DNA of 64,000 nucleotides from an uncultured bacterium (GCA_963825135.1 CAWGRW010000009.1:992001-1056000), one strand, 5' to 3'; counted from the stretch's first letter, positions 20,594-31,017 are shown. Numbers and translations: made by a program. Notes: generated from the sequence alone by a model not told the origin.

Positions 20594-22437
20594 AATATGT
20601 AAGACTGTTTGCACTAATTTTAGTTTTCCTGCCGTTCAGCATGGAGGCGGCTCTTGCAGGTTCTTTTACGGCCAGCGTCGACCGCACGCAGCTCGCTCCG
20701 GGAGAAAGTCTGACGCTCGAGCTTTCCCTGTCCGGCGCGTCGCCGAACGGGAGCCCGGACCTCGGTCCTCTGGAGGAAGCCTTTACTACCTACTCCCAAG
20801 GGCAGTCTCGACAGACCACTATCATCAATACCAGTATTACCTCCAGTATTAACTGGCAGCTTGTACTGATACCCAAGAAATCCGGCGACATAAAAATTCC
20901 GGCCCTCTCCATACAAACGGACGACGGCCCGCTGCAATCTCAGCCCATCGATATAAGCGTTACTAAATCAGCCGGGTTGTCGCAGGAAGGGGCGACCGGC
21001 GGCGACGCCCTTATTGTTACCACGAATGTCAATAACGCTCATCCTTACCAGAACGAGCCGGTTTTATTTACGGTCAAGCTGATTGCCCGCAGGAGCGTAA
21101 GCGACGTCAGCGTCCCTGAATTTAATGTCGAAGGGGCGATTGTGAAAAAACAGGGCGATGCGAAGATATACGACGAGGTATTGCAGGGGGAGCGGGTTAA
21201 GGCTATTGAAGTGCGTTATCTGATCACTCCCATGCAATCGGGCACGGTCAATATTCCCGCTTATGTTTTTCAGGGCCAGGTCGAGTCGGACAGGCAGCCG
21301 AGTGATTTTTTTGGCAGACGCATGCGTGATTCAGGCATATTCGACGATCTCGGAAAGTTTCCGGGTTTTTCTTCCTTCGTACCTTTTGTCGTATCAGGTC
21401 AGGAGATCACTCTTGACGTCAAACCGCCGGCAGCGCAGATGGATCCGTGGCTGCCGTTGAAATCATTGGAAATATCCGATGTCCTCCAAAACCCTGAGGG
21501 CGCTAAAGTGGGAGAGCCGTTAACGCGCAAAATCAAGCTCGTCGCCCAGGGGACCCTCGGCGCAAATCTGCCCGATCTGGAGAGCCGGATTGCTCCGGAC
21601 GGCTCGTTCAGAATTTATGCTGACAAACCGGTGACGGGAGAAAGCTTTAACAAGGATAGTAATACGATAACCGGCTGGCGCGAGGAAAGTTATTCGTTGA
21701 TCCCGCAGAAAAGCGGCAAATTCACTCTGCCGGAAATCAAAGTGGCCTGGTGGGATGTGACAAATAATAAAATCTCCTATGCCACGTCGCCTGCTATAAC
21801 AGTTAACGTTATGCCCGGGCTATCCGGGGACGGAGATAAGAAGGAGAGTGTGAGCTCCTCACAGGCGCAAAAGTCAGAGGGTGCAAAAATCGATGAGCGT
21901 GACCCCTCATCCCTTCCAACGGAAAAAGTAGTCGGCGAAGGGACCGCTCGAACGGTGCTATATGCTATTCTGGCTGCGCTGAGTCTGACCGTCATTATAT
22001 TGGCGTGCGCGGTTTATTATTTGTTCCGCAAGCTCTCCTCGCAGAAGACCGAGAGACCGGACAACTACGATAAGACCACAGTAGGCCCATACGCGGGCGC
22101 CAATCGGTACAAATTATCGGCAGGCGAGATAAGTAGGTGCAAATCACCAGGGGAGTTGCGGAGCTTTCTCCAGACCTATGCCTCCCAGCATTGGGAAACA
22201 CCACGAAACGCGACGTTTCAGAACATGCTTTCAATCCTGAGAAAGCGCGGCGTACAAACCGACGCGCTCGAAATAGAACGGGTTTTTTCCGACCTGGACG
22301 CTTCGCTGTATGCCGGGGGAAACATCGATATCGAAGTGGTCAAGAAGCGTCTCCGGGATATTTTAAAAGCTGTCGACGGGACAATCGCCAAACCGGAGAA
22401 ACAAAAGGAAAAGCTGGGAAGCCTGAATCCGACCTGA
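20587..22437 (+). CDS. BatD-family protein
   Basis: Signal peptide, ASVDR..GESLTL, VGEPLTR, LPEIKVAWWD, C-terminal TM and LNP end. Confidence 0.92.
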   Translation: MVKYVRLFALILVFLPFSMEAALAGSFTASVDRTQLAPGESLTLELSLSGASPNGSPDLGPLEEAFTTYSQGQSRQTTIINTSITSSINWQLVLIPKKSGDIKIPALSIQTDDGPLQSQPIDISVTKSAGLSQEGATGGDALIVTTNVNNAHPYQNEPVLFTVKLIARRSVSDVSVPEFNVEGAIVKKQGDAKIYDEVLQGERVKAIEVRYLITPMQSGTVNIPAYVFQGQVESDRQPSDFFGRRMRDSGIFDDLGKFPGFSSFVPFVVSGQEITLDVKPPAAQMDPWLPLKSLEISDVLQNPEGAKVGEPLTRKIKLVAQGTLGANLPDLESRIAPDGSFRIYADKPVTGESFNKDSNTITGWREESYSLIPQKSGKFTLPEIKVAWWDVTNNKISYATSPAITVNVMPGLSGDGDKKESVSSSQAQKSEGAKIDERDPSSLPTEKVVGEGTARTVLYAILAALSLTVIILACAVYYLFRKLSSQKTERPDNYDKTTVGPYAGANRYKLSAGEISRCKSPGELRSFLQTYASQHWETPRNATFQNMLSILRKRGVQTDALEIERVFSDLDASLYAGGNIDIEVVKKRLRDILKAVDGTIAKPEKQKEKLGSLNPT

Positions 22438-22554
22438 TGAAATCGAGTGGATGAGTCCGGGCGTCGAGACGAAATTTTCTTCGTATATTTCCGCGGTCTT
22501 TTCGTCCGCAACATTCCGGACAGCCCGTTTCCCCGCCGAGCTGTTTGTAAACAC

Positions 22555-22631
22555 TGGTGGAGATGACGGGAATCGAACCCGCGACCTCCGCGTTGCGAAC
22601 GCGGCGCTCTCCCAAGCTGAGCTACATCCCC
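22555..22631 (-). tRNA. tRNA-Ala(CGC)
   Basis: GGGGATG/CATCTCC acceptor stem with G3:U70, anticodon arm CCGCG-TT-CGC-AA-CGCGG, GGTTCGATTCC, encoded CCA. Confidence 0.97.
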
Positions 22632-22694
22632 ACGTCTGTGATTGGTATGGATTTTATATGAATTTTTTGCAACTGGAAAGAAACATCTGAAAAA

Positions 22695-24161
22695 TCACCG
22701 GGACGCCTTCACCGCCCTGTTCGAAGCCCAGCGCTCGAGCTTCGATATCTCCTCCCTCATCGTCGTCGAGAGGGGCACGATCGAGGAAGAGGCGATTATA
22801 AGCTCCCTGTCGTCGAGCTCCTTCCCCTTCGAATAGGACTCGAAGAGCGCGGATATTACTGCCTGCTCTATCTCGGCCCCGCTGAGGCCCTCCGTGTTCT
22901 TGGCGAGCGAATCGAGGTCAAAGCCGTCGGGGTTCTTCCCGCGGTTCTGGAGGTGGATTCTGAATATCTCGCGTCTCTCTTTCGGATTCGGCAGCGTGAT
23001 AAAGAATATTTCGTCGAACCTCCCCTTCCGGAGAATTTCAGGCGGAAGCAAATCTATCTGGTTCGCGGTCGCCGTAACGAAAACCGGATACGCCTTTTCC
23101 TGCATCCATGTGAGGAAGTACCCGAAGATCCTCGACGTAGGGCTGTCCCCCGACTTCTCCCCGCTCCTGGTGATGCCCGCCTCTATCTCGTCGATCCAGA
23201 GCACGCAGGGGGCGGTCGCTTCAACAGTCTTTATCGACTTCCTGAACGCCTCCTCCGGGCTCCCGAACGACTCGCTGTAGACCTGGTTAAGGTCGAGCCT
23301 GAGCAGCGGCAGGTTCCAGGCGGTGGCTATGGCTTTCGCGCAGAGGCTCTTCCCGCACCCGCTTATACCCATGAGCAGAATCCCCTTGGGCGTGTCGAGT
23401 CCGAATTCCTTCGCCTCGCTCGAAAAGGCGAGCTGCCTCACTTTGAGCCATTCCTTGATATTTTCGAGTCCGCCGACCTTGTCTATATCCACCCTGCTCC
23501 TTACGAAATCGAGCGTGCCCGATTTCCTCACGAGCTGCGCCTTCTCCTCTAGGAGCGCGTCGACAGCGTCCTCGCCGAGCTCCTCCCTCCCAACGAAGGT
23601 CCTCCTGAGCGCGAGCTCCATCTCGAGCGCGCCCAGTCCCTGCAGCGCATTGATAGCCGCTTCCCTGAAAAACGGCTTCATGGAACTCTGCGCGCTCTCG
23701 GGCGTGTACGTCTTTATAATGAAGTCGAAGATCTTGCCGGTCTCCGATCTGTCGGGGAGGTCGATATCAATTACTGCCATTTCCTTCTCAAGCTCGAGCG
23801 GAATCGAAACGGAATGAGATAGAATAAAAATTGTCTTCGGTGATTTTCTTAATCTTTGATAGGCGTCTTTCAGTTTTCTCAGAATCCTCGGATCGTCGAG
23901 AAAATAATGTACATCCTTAAACAAATAAAAGCCCTTTGATTGCTCCTCCACTGCCTTATCAAGGGCTTTAACCAGGTTTTCCGAGCCGTCTCTGAAACCC
24001 TCGGTGCAAGACCACACCGAGAATTTACCGGCATCCCCGTAGATGTTCTTCCCTATCGATTTGATAGAATTCTCGACCCTCTCCTCCTCCGACGAGACGA
24101 GATAGATGATCGGGTAGCCCGCTTTTACGAAATTCTCGATTGTTTTCGTGGGAAATGCCAT
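22695..24161 (-). CDS. AAA ATPase, Ycf46-like
   Basis: VGGLENIKEWL, GISGCGKS, WIDEIE, PPEILRKGRFDEIFF. Confidence 0.9.
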   Translation of the reverse strand: MAFPTKTIENFVKAGYPIIYLVSSEEERVENSIKSIGKNIYGDAGKFSVWSCTEGFRDGSENLVKALDKAVEEQSKGFYLFKDVHYFLDDPRILRKLKDAYQRLRKSPKTIFILSHSVSIPLELEKEMAVIDIDLPDRSETGKIFDFIIKTYTPESAQSSMKPFFREAAINALQGLGALEMELALRRTFVGREELGEDAVDALLEEKAQLVRKSGTLDFVRSRVDIDKVGGLENIKEWLKVRQLAFSSEAKEFGLDTPKGILLMGISGCGKSLCAKAIATAWNLPLLRLDLNQVYSESFGSPEEAFRKSIKTVEATAPCVLWIDEIEAGITRSGEKSGDSPTSRIFGYFLTWMQEKAYPVFVTATANQIDLLPPEILRKGRFDEIFFITLPNPKERREIFRIHLQNRGKNPDGFDLDSLAKNTEGLSGAEIEQAVISALFESYSKGKELDDRELIIASSSIVPLSTTMREEISKLERWASNRAVKASR

Positions 24162-24233
24162 AACTCCACGTAAGTATATAGCATGTCCGTCGAATTAGTT
24201 TCGGGAAATCAGATTGTGAGGGATTTTAGGGCT

Positions 24234-25781
24234 TTACATCCCCTGAGTTGTAACCCTCTTCGGATGCTCTTTCCGCCAGCGGAGCTTGTTAAGCGCGTTT
24301 ACGTATGCCTTCACGCTCGCAACCACTATATCCGTGTTAGATCCCTGGCCCTGGGTAATGACCCCTTCGTCTTCAACCCTTACCGTAACCTCCCCCTGTG
24401 CGTCTATCCCCTCGGTTATAGAGGCGACGACGTAGTTCTCCAGGGTAGGATTGAGTCCGGTGGCTTTGGATACGGCCTGATAGGCAGCGTCCACGGGGCC
24501 GTCCCCGCTCTCGGAGATTGTAACTTCCTTACCGTCTATCAGCAGCTTCACGGTCACGACGGGCTGCATGTCGGACCCGCCCGAATAGTTTGCGGAAATG
24601 AGTTTGTAAAAATCAGACGAGCGGACGAACTCCTCGCTGATCAGGGCTTCGATGTCCTCGTCGAATACGTATTTCTTTTTGTCCGCCAGATCCTTGAACT
24701 TTCTAAACGCGCTCTCGAAGGCCTTATCGTCGAGGAAATACCCGTAGTCCTCGAGACGGTCCTTAAAAGCATGCCGTCCCGAGTGCTTTCCGAGGATAAG
24801 CTTATTCGAGGGAATTCCTACCTCTTCCGGGTCCATGATTTCGTAAGTGATCCTATCCTTGAGCACGCCGTCCTGATGTATGCCCGCTTCGTGAGCGAAG
24901 GCGTTTGCCCCGACTATCGCCTTATTCGGCTGGACGTTCACACCCGTCACCTGGGATACCAGCCTGCTCGTCGGGTACAGCTGCTCCGTGTTGATTCTCG
25001 TCTTGAAGGGGTTACGGTCGTTCCTGACCTTGAGCCCCATTACTATCTCTTCGAGCGAGGCGTTCCCGGCCCTCTCTCCGAGACCGTTGATCGTGCATTC
25101 GACTTGCCTCGCCCCTTCCCTGATCGCGGCGATAGAGTTCGCGACCGCAAGACCGAGGTCGTTATGGCAGTGTACGCTGAGAATAATATCATCGAGGCCC
25201 GGAACTTTTTCCTTAAGCGTCCGTATGATGTACGAAAACTCCTCGGGGACCGTATATCCGACAGTGTCCGGGATGTTTATGATCCTGGCGCCAGACCTTA
25301 CTGCTACATCCACCGCACGGCAGAGGTAATCCAGATCAGTCCTGGTCGCGTCCTCGCACGAGAATTCCACGTTCTCCGTATAGTGCCTGGCGTGTTTGAC
25401 CGCGGTGCTGATGATCTCGAGCACCTCGTCCCTCGATTTCCTGAGCTTATGTTTCAGATGTATATCCGAGGTGGCGATAAAGGTATGTATCCTCGGGTAC
25501 TCGGCGTTCCTGACCGCTTCCCAGCCCCTGTCTATGTCATTGAAGTTTGCCCTGCAGAGACCCGCTATCTCGCACCCGCGTATCTTCTCCGCTATGACTT
25601 TGACGGACTCGAAATCGCCCTCGGAAGAAATGGGAAACCCGGCTTCGATGACATCGACGCCGAGCTTCTCGAGCTGGTGAGCTACCCTGAGCTTCTCTTC
25701 AGCGGTCATACCGCAGCCCGGGGCCTGCTCTCCGTCCCTTAAGGTCGTATCGAATATCTTCACCATGTTGTCGCTGCCCAT
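24234..25781 (-). CDS. leuA: 2-isopropylmalate synthase
   Basis: FDTTLRDGEQ, HCHNDLGLA, GERAGN, HEAGIHQDG, GKHSGR. Confidence 0.97.
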   Translation of the reverse strand: MGSDNMVKIFDTTLRDGEQAPGCGMTAEEKLRVAHQLEKLGVDVIEAGFPISSEGDFESVKVIAEKIRGCEIAGLCRANFNDIDRGWEAVRNAEYPRIHTFIATSDIHLKHKLRKSRDEVLEIISTAVKHARHYTENVEFSCEDATRTDLDYLCRAVDVAVRSGARIINIPDTVGYTVPEEFSYIIRTLKEKVPGLDDIILSVHCHNDLGLAVANSIAAIREGARQVECTINGLGERAGNASLEEIVMGLKVRNDRNPFKTRINTEQLYPTSRLVSQVTGVNVQPNKAIVGANAFAHEAGIHQDGVLKDRITYEIMDPEEVGIPSNKLILGKHSGRHAFKDRLEDYGYFLDDKAFESAFRKFKDLADKKKYVFDEDIEALISEEFVRSSDFYKLISANYSGGSDMQPVVTVKLLIDGKEVTISESGDGPVDAAYQAVSKATGLNPTLENYVVASITEGIDAQGEVTVRVEDEGVITQGQGSNTDIVVASVKAYVNALNKLRWRKEHPKRVTTQGM

Positions 25782-25884
25782 CTCGTACGCCTCCTCAAAC
25801 TCAAATTAGTCTAAGACTTGGAGCATGTTTTGTCAATCGAAACAAGGGCATGCGGAAGGGGGAGGAGTACGGGCGCGTAATATC

Positions 25885-26643
25885 CTATAAACCTGTCGGC
25901 AGGTCGATGAAAACCGTCTCAATTTCAAACTTCTTTTGTATAATCCGGGAAAGGGCCCTTAAACCCATCGTTTCTGTCGCATGGTGTCCCGCGAATATTA
26001 CGTTCATTCCGGCATCCTTAGCCGTGTGGTATATCTCGACCGCGTCCCCCGTGATATATAGATCGACCCCCGCGTCAAGCGCGTTATAAAACCCGCTATA
26101 GCTCCCCCCTCCGCTGCAGACGGCTATCGTCCTTATCTTTTTCCCGCCGAACGGGAGGACCCTGCACACCGTGTTTAACTCCCGGTTGAGCTTCTCCTCG
26201 ATCTCCTTAAGCGCGATCCCCTCTCCGCAATCCCCTATCCAGCCTATATTCTTCCCGTGATAAAGGAAAAATTCGTCCGTTATCCTTGCGCCCAGAAGTT
26301 TCAGAAGCTCGGCATTATGGCCGACCTCTCTATGGCGGTCGAGCGGATTATGACTTACGTAAAGTGAAATATCGTTCTCGAATAAAATTTTGATCCTTTC
26401 CTTCGCCCAGCCTGTAATGGAGGGGTTACGGAATTCCCAGAAATGGCCGTGATGGACTATGAGCAGGTCCGCATTTTCTTCGGCTGCCATCTTGAAGGAT
26501 TCGACCCCTGCATCTACGGCGAAGGCCGCCTTCTTCACCGCGGCCTTCCCTTCAAACTGTAGGCCGTTCCATGAGGAGTCCTTAACATCTTCTGTTTTGA
26601 GATAATCGCCCAGGAACCGGACGACTTTTTCTAATCTCGGCAT
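25885..26643 (-). CDS. Nif3/YbgI dinuclear metal-centre protein
   Basis: NGLQFEG, IVHHG, HNPLD.H..GHNA, AGHHATE. Confidence 0.93.
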   Translation of the reverse strand: MPRLEKVVRFLGDYLKTEDVKDSSWNGLQFEGKAAVKKAAFAVDAGVESFKMAAEENADLLIVHHGHFWEFRNPSITGWAKERIKILFENDISLYVSHNPLDRHREVGHNAELLKLLGARITDEFFLYHGKNIGWIGDCGEGIALKEIEEKLNRELNTVCRVLPFGGKKIRTIAVCSGGGSYSGFYNALDAGVDLYITGDAVEIYHTAKDAGMNVIFAGHHATETMGLRALSRIIQKKFEIETVFIDLPTGL

Positions 26644-26670
26644 GATCTTTTCATCCACCCTTCCTCTTCT

Positions 26671-26759
26671 TGTCATTGCGAGCGTCGCGAAGCAGAGTGC
26701 GGCAATCTCGTCTTATCTTTCAATTCCCTCCTTTTGTAAAGGAGGGTTTGGGAGGATTT
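26671..26759. repeat. Two adjacent REP-like palindromic intergenic elements
   Basis: TGTCATTGCGAG...GGCAATCTC (26671-26709) and CCCTCCTTT-TGT-AAAGGAGGG-TTTGGGAGGATTT (26726-26759); one copy of each in this window. Confidence 0.55.
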
Positions 26760-26786
26760 CGCTTTCCTAAAACCCGTCCGTCCCGA

Positions 26787-27053
26787 TCAACCCTTGCCCT
26801 TCACGAAGCGGTATACGAGGAGCAATATTATCGAGCCGCCTACCGCAAACAAGAAACTCTTTATATTGAAGCCGGGCGCGACCTGAACCTGCCCGAACAT
26901 AGGCATTTTAGCGATAAGCCCCCCGACGAACGCCCCGACCACGCCGATCACGATAGTGCCGATAAAACCGCCCGGGTCTTTACCGGGCATAAGCATCTTC
27001 GCTACCGCGCCTGCAACGAGACCGAATATGATCCACGAAATTATCTCCATCAT
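26787..27053 (-). CDS. GlsB/YeaQ/YmgE (transglycosylase-associated) membrane protein
   Basis: WIIFGLVAGAVAKMLMPGKDPGG..GVVGAFVGG. Confidence 0.93.
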   Translation of the reverse strand: MMEIISWIIFGLVAGAVAKMLMPGKDPGGFIGTIVIGVVGAFVGGLIAKMPMFGQVQVAPGFNIKSFLFAVGGSIILLLVYRFVKGKG

Positions 27054-27223
27054 TTCATTCTCCTTTGTCCAGCGCTAAACGGAAACCGGCGCACGCACAC
27101 ATGGACATATTACAATTTTTTCCCAAAAACCTCAAAGCAGTGATTGCGGGATAAATCAGTAAGTCCGGAGGCTGTTTTATTTCGGGCTGATTGTCGTGTT
27201 CATGGGCTAAGAGGTTTGTTAAA

Positions 27224-28600
27224 TCAATTAAGCAGGTCCATCTTGATCATCCTGTTTCTAAGCACCTGCCTCGTTACGCCGAGCATTTCGGCGGCCTTCG
27301 TTTGATTCCAGTTGTTGAGCTCAAGCGCCTTTTTAATGACCATTTCCTCCACGGCTTCGAGAGTGAGTTTGTCCATGTCGAGCTCGAAAATCATCTTATG
27401 CTCGTCGCCCTGGATCTTGACTCCCTTGCTCTGCCCGTCTATCTGCACGTACTTGGGATTGAGTGTATCGCCCTCGCTAAGCAGAACCGCCCTCTCTATA
27501 GTACTGCGAAGCTCGCGTACGTTGCCCGGCCACTGGTAGCTCATAAACGCATTTTCAACCTCTTCCGGTACGTGCTTTATGTTTTTGTTAAAATCCATAT
27601 TGAAGTAACCGATAAAATGCTCCGTGAGGAGCGGGATGTCCTCTCTCCGCTCCCTCAGGGTCGGCATTTCAAAATTAATTACATTGAGCCTGTGGTACAG
27701 GTCCTCCCTGAAGAGATTCTTTTCGACGAGTTCTTTGAGGTCCTTGTTCGTCGCGGCGACGACTCTCACGTCTACCTTAATGTCCCTCTTCCCTCCGATT
27801 CTCCTGAACGTCCTCTCCTCCACCGCCTTCACCAGCTTCGCTTGAAGAGACGGACTCATGTCCCCGATCTCGTCGAGGAAAATAGTCCCGCCGTCCGCGT
27901 CCTCCAGTATGCCGGTCTTCATCTTCTTCGCGTCCGTGAAAGCGCCCGCCTCGTGTCCGAATAATTCACTCTCGAGAAGCGTCTCCGGTATCGCCGCGCA
28001 GTTGAGCTCTATGATGGGTTTCTCCGCCCTCACGCCGTTGTGATGGAGCACCTTCGCGGCGAGTCCCTTGCCCGTCCCGCTTTCACCGCTTATAAGAATC
28101 GTTTTTGGGTCTGTCGTGACGAGTTTTTCAAATAACTCTATGATATTCCGCACCGCCGCGCTCTTTCCGATAAGCGCATGGAATCCGTACTGCTTCTGCT
28201 CGCTCTTGAGTCTCGTGTCGAGATTTCTTTTAAGCCCGACGTTAACGAGAGCGTTCTTCACTATTATCCTGAGTTTGTCTATTGAGAATGGTTTCTCAAT
28301 GAAATCATACGCGCCCTTTTTAATCGCGGAGACCGCCATATCCACGTTACCGTGCCCGCTCATGAGTATCGTTACGGGCCTCGGTTCCATATTGTTTATC
28401 TGCCCCAAGGCCTCGATCCCGTCCATGTCCGGGAGCCTCAGGTCGAGCAGGATCAGGTCGGGGTTGTCCCTCCTGGCCAGAAGAAGCCCCGTCTCCCCGT
28501 CATTGGCGGTGCTTACGAGAAAACCCTCCTCCGAGAGACTCTCGCTCAATTTTTTACAAAGGAAGTCTTCGTCATCGATTATTAAAATAGTCTGACTCAC
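27224..28600 (-). CDS. Sigma54-dependent response regulator (NtrC/AtoC family)
   Basis: Receiver domain, GESGTGK, ESELFGHEAGAFTDA, WPGNVREL, Fis-type HTH. Confidence 0.96.
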   Translation of the reverse strand: MSQTILIIDDEDFLCKKLSESLSEEGFLVSTANDGETGLLLARRDNPDLILLDLRLPDMDGIEALGQINNMEPRPVTILMSGHGNVDMAVSAIKKGAYDFIEKPFSIDKLRIIVKNALVNVGLKRNLDTRLKSEQKQYGFHALIGKSAAVRNIIELFEKLVTTDPKTILISGESGTGKGLAAKVLHHNGVRAEKPIIELNCAAIPETLLESELFGHEAGAFTDAKKMKTGILEDADGGTIFLDEIGDMSPSLQAKLVKAVEERTFRRIGGKRDIKVDVRVVAATNKDLKELVEKNLFREDLYHRLNVINFEMPTLRERREDIPLLTEHFIGYFNMDFNKNIKHVPEEVENAFMSYQWPGNVRELRSTIERAVLLSEGDTLNPKYVQIDGQSKGVKIQGDEHKMIFELDMDKLTLEAVEEMVIKKALELNNWNQTKAAEMLGVTRQVLRNRMIKMDLLN

Positions 28601-28663
28601 TACTTACTCCTCAATTCGAGATACCAAAACAGCTTTTAATTTCCGATTGCGCTTCCCGGCGCA

Positions 28664-29932
28664 TCAGGCGGACATCTTAACCTTTTCTCCGGCGTTCTTT
28701 GGTATCATTACCGTAAAAGTCGAGCCCTTACCCTCTTCGCTGTATACGGCGATTCCCCCGTTGTGCGCATCGATAATTCTTTTGGATATCGCAAGCCCGA
28801 GCCCCGTGCCCTGCTTCTTGTTCGTATAGAAGGGCTCGAATACCTTTTCCATATCACGGGGAGAGATACCGTGACCGTTATCGGCGACTTTGATGTGAAG
28901 CTCGCCGTCGATGCTGTCTGTTTCGACTGTCACCTTTCCGTTCCCGGGCTTGACCGCATCGATTCCGTTTATCAAAAGGTTAATGATAACCTGCTGGCAC
29001 TTCTCGTAGTCGAGATTGAATTCCTCGGCGCAATTGAGATTCGTTTCTATCGATACCCCTTTTTCTTCCGCGATCGGAGACACCGACAAAATAGACCTCT
29101 CCACAATGTCGTTGGGGTCGGCGCTCCTGAAGTCCATCTCCTTGGGGATCGAAAGCTGAAGCAGGTCTTTCAGGATACGGTCGAGCCTCCTTACCTCTTT
29201 CAAGACCTCGGATATGGACTGCTGCTGGTCGTCGCCTTCCGATTTATTTCTCATGATTTCGAGGGCGACCGTGATCCCCGAAAGCGGGTTCTTAATCTCG
29301 TGCGCTATGCGTGCCGCGAATTCTCCGATCGTGGCGAGCCGCTCCGACTTGATAAGCTCGTTCTGCTGATCCCTGATCGCGCTCGTCGCTTCATCCACCT
29401 TCTCTTTCAAAGTCTCGTTGAACCGCTTTGTCTGCTCAAGCAGTTCGAGATTGCTCCTGTGGGTGTCTTCTATGTTCTGAAGCATTTCGTTGAACGAGCC
29501 CGCGAGTATGGATATCTCGTCGGCTTCCCCGACGCTCTTGATCCTGTATGAGTAATCCCCCTTCTTCACGGTCTTTGTCGCATTTATCAGCCGCTCTATG
29601 GGTCTTGTGATCTTGGCCGGGAAGAGTATCGCAATAATTCCCGCGAACAAGAGAGATGCGCCGACAACGATCAATACATATGTGTAGTTATACTTGAGCT
29701 GCTCATCGACCAGCGTCACGGCGCGTTCGACTATTTCTTTACCGAACCCCGGGTCAGGCTCAATTTTATTATCCGGGTTCGAGAATAATTTATAGAGAGT
29801 TGAATATCGCCCTTCAATATTCGAAGCCGCGTCGTTCAATCTATAGACGTTGTATATAAAGAGGCCCCCAATAATAATCATAAGAATCAGCATGAGGCCG
29901 AACCCGAGTCTGATCTGTTTACTGAGCTTCAA
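28664..29932 (-). CDS. HAMP-domain sensor histidine kinase
   Basis: Two TMs, HAMP, AHEIKNPL H-box, DNGHG, GTGLGL. Confidence 0.95.
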   Translation of the reverse strand: MKLSKQIRLGFGLMLILMIIIGGLFIYNVYRLNDAASNIEGRYSTLYKLFSNPDNKIEPDPGFGKEIVERAVTLVDEQLKYNYTYVLIVVGASLLFAGIIAILFPAKITRPIERLINATKTVKKGDYSYRIKSVGEADEISILAGSFNEMLQNIEDTHRSNLELLEQTKRFNETLKEKVDEATSAIRDQQNELIKSERLATIGEFAARIAHEIKNPLSGITVALEIMRNKSEGDDQQQSISEVLKEVRRLDRILKDLLQLSIPKEMDFRSADPNDIVERSILSVSPIAEEKGVSIETNLNCAEEFNLDYEKCQQVIINLLINGIDAVKPGNGKVTVETDSIDGELHIKVADNGHGISPRDMEKVFEPFYTNKKQGTGLGLAISKRIIDAHNGGIAVYSEEGKGSTFTVMIPKNAGEKVKMSA

Positions 29933-30215
29933 TTTTTATTCTCTCCCAACCCTTACGAGGTAGAACTAAGTTATAATTCTACCTGTTTTTCCCAACAGGC
30001 GGCTTCCTTTGGCGTATATTCAAAGTGGACGAGAATCGAAGGAACCGGGGTATTAGAATCTATCGGGAAGGTGCGGAGAACGAGGATGAAGCCAAGGAAG
30101 AAGGGGTTCCCGTGAGTCGGTATTTGCACAGGCAGGCCGGATCCGTCAAAATCAATCACACCTCAAATCTTGATAAACGGACAAAGCAACAAAGTGCGCC
30201 AGAAATAAATCCCCT

Positions 30216-30253
30216 GAATTCTTTGACAATAACGATAAATTGTCAAATAATTC
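30216..30253. promoter_or_regulatory. Inverted repeat containing two opposed TTGACA hexamers between divergent genes
   Basis: GAATTcTTTGACAAT-N8-ATTGTCAAAtAATTC; on + strand TTGACA-N17-AATAAT. Confidence 0.6.
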
Positions 30254-30320
30254 TTTGCTCGGGGTGATAAACGTTTTATTGCTTAACTCTCTCCGGCAAT
30301 TGAATTCCCTGGGGTCGCAG

Positions 30321-30896
30321 ATGCGGATATCAATTTGTTCCATATTAACTGTCTCATGCCTGCTTGCCGGGTGCATCGCGGGTCCGGGGTCCATGCAGGA
30401 CCTCAACAATAGACAGGATGTGCTGGAGAATAAAGTCGCAGCGATGTCGAGAGATTTAAACGACGTTCAGCGGAGACTCGAGATTCAGCAAGCGAGAATA
30501 AGGAACCTTGAGCAGAATTATTCGGACATGTACATGAAAATGGGCGACCTCCAAAAGAAACAGGCCGTATCCCCGCCCGCGAAACTTGAAACCGGGGAAG
30601 CAGGAAAAGACGCCCCCCCTGTCCCTCCCCCAACCGGCGATCTCTACCAGCGGGCCGACGCCCTATATAATGAGGGACAGTATCTGAATGCAATCCTGGC
30701 TTATCAAGTATTTATCGACTCGTACCCCAATGACGGCAAGGTTGCAGACGCTTACCTCAAGCAGGGACTTTCTCTCGTCAAAATCGGGAGGACCGACGGG
30801 GCGAAATTCTTTTTCAAAACCCTCATAGACAGGTTCCCCGAATCGAGCGAAGCCGCTATCGCGAAGCAGGAACTCGAAAAAATTAATCCCGAGTAA
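30321..30896 (+). CDS. CpoB/YbgF-like lipoprotein (coiled coil + TPR)
   Basis: LAGC lipobox, coiled coil, TPR with FIDSYP..KVADAYLKQG, LIDRFPES. Confidence 0.85.
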   Translation: MRISICSILTVSCLLAGCIAGPGSMQDLNNRQDVLENKVAAMSRDLNDVQRRLEIQQARIRNLEQNYSDMYMKMGDLQKKQAVSPPAKLETGEAGKDAPPVPPPTGDLYQRADALYNEGQYLNAILAYQVFIDSYPNDGKVADAYLKQGLSLVKIGRTDGAKFFFKTLIDRFPESSEAAIAKQELEKINPE

Positions 30897-31017
30897 CGAC
30901 GCCGGGCTAAACCTTCCACCCCGGTTTTTCAATCCCGTTGACAAATCATACGCGCATCCATACTATGTAATTCATCGATTTTTAAGAAAATCCCATTCTC
31001 AGACCAGGCAAATTTTT

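Noticed and set aside
8230..22554. attL/attR duplication of the tRNA-Ala 3' end delimiting an island
   Set aside because: No second copy of TGGTGGAGATGACGGG and no integrase found by eye
24183..25742. 519-aa + strand ORF and many other long antisense ORFs
   Set aside because: They are shadows of well-supported genes on the opposite strand (here leuA) with no recognisable motifs
30020..30150. Purine-rich stretch with about seven GGA motifs, suggesting a CsrB/Rsm-type sRNA
   Set aside because: The GGAs are not in evident hairpin loops and no terminator follows; base composition alone could explain it
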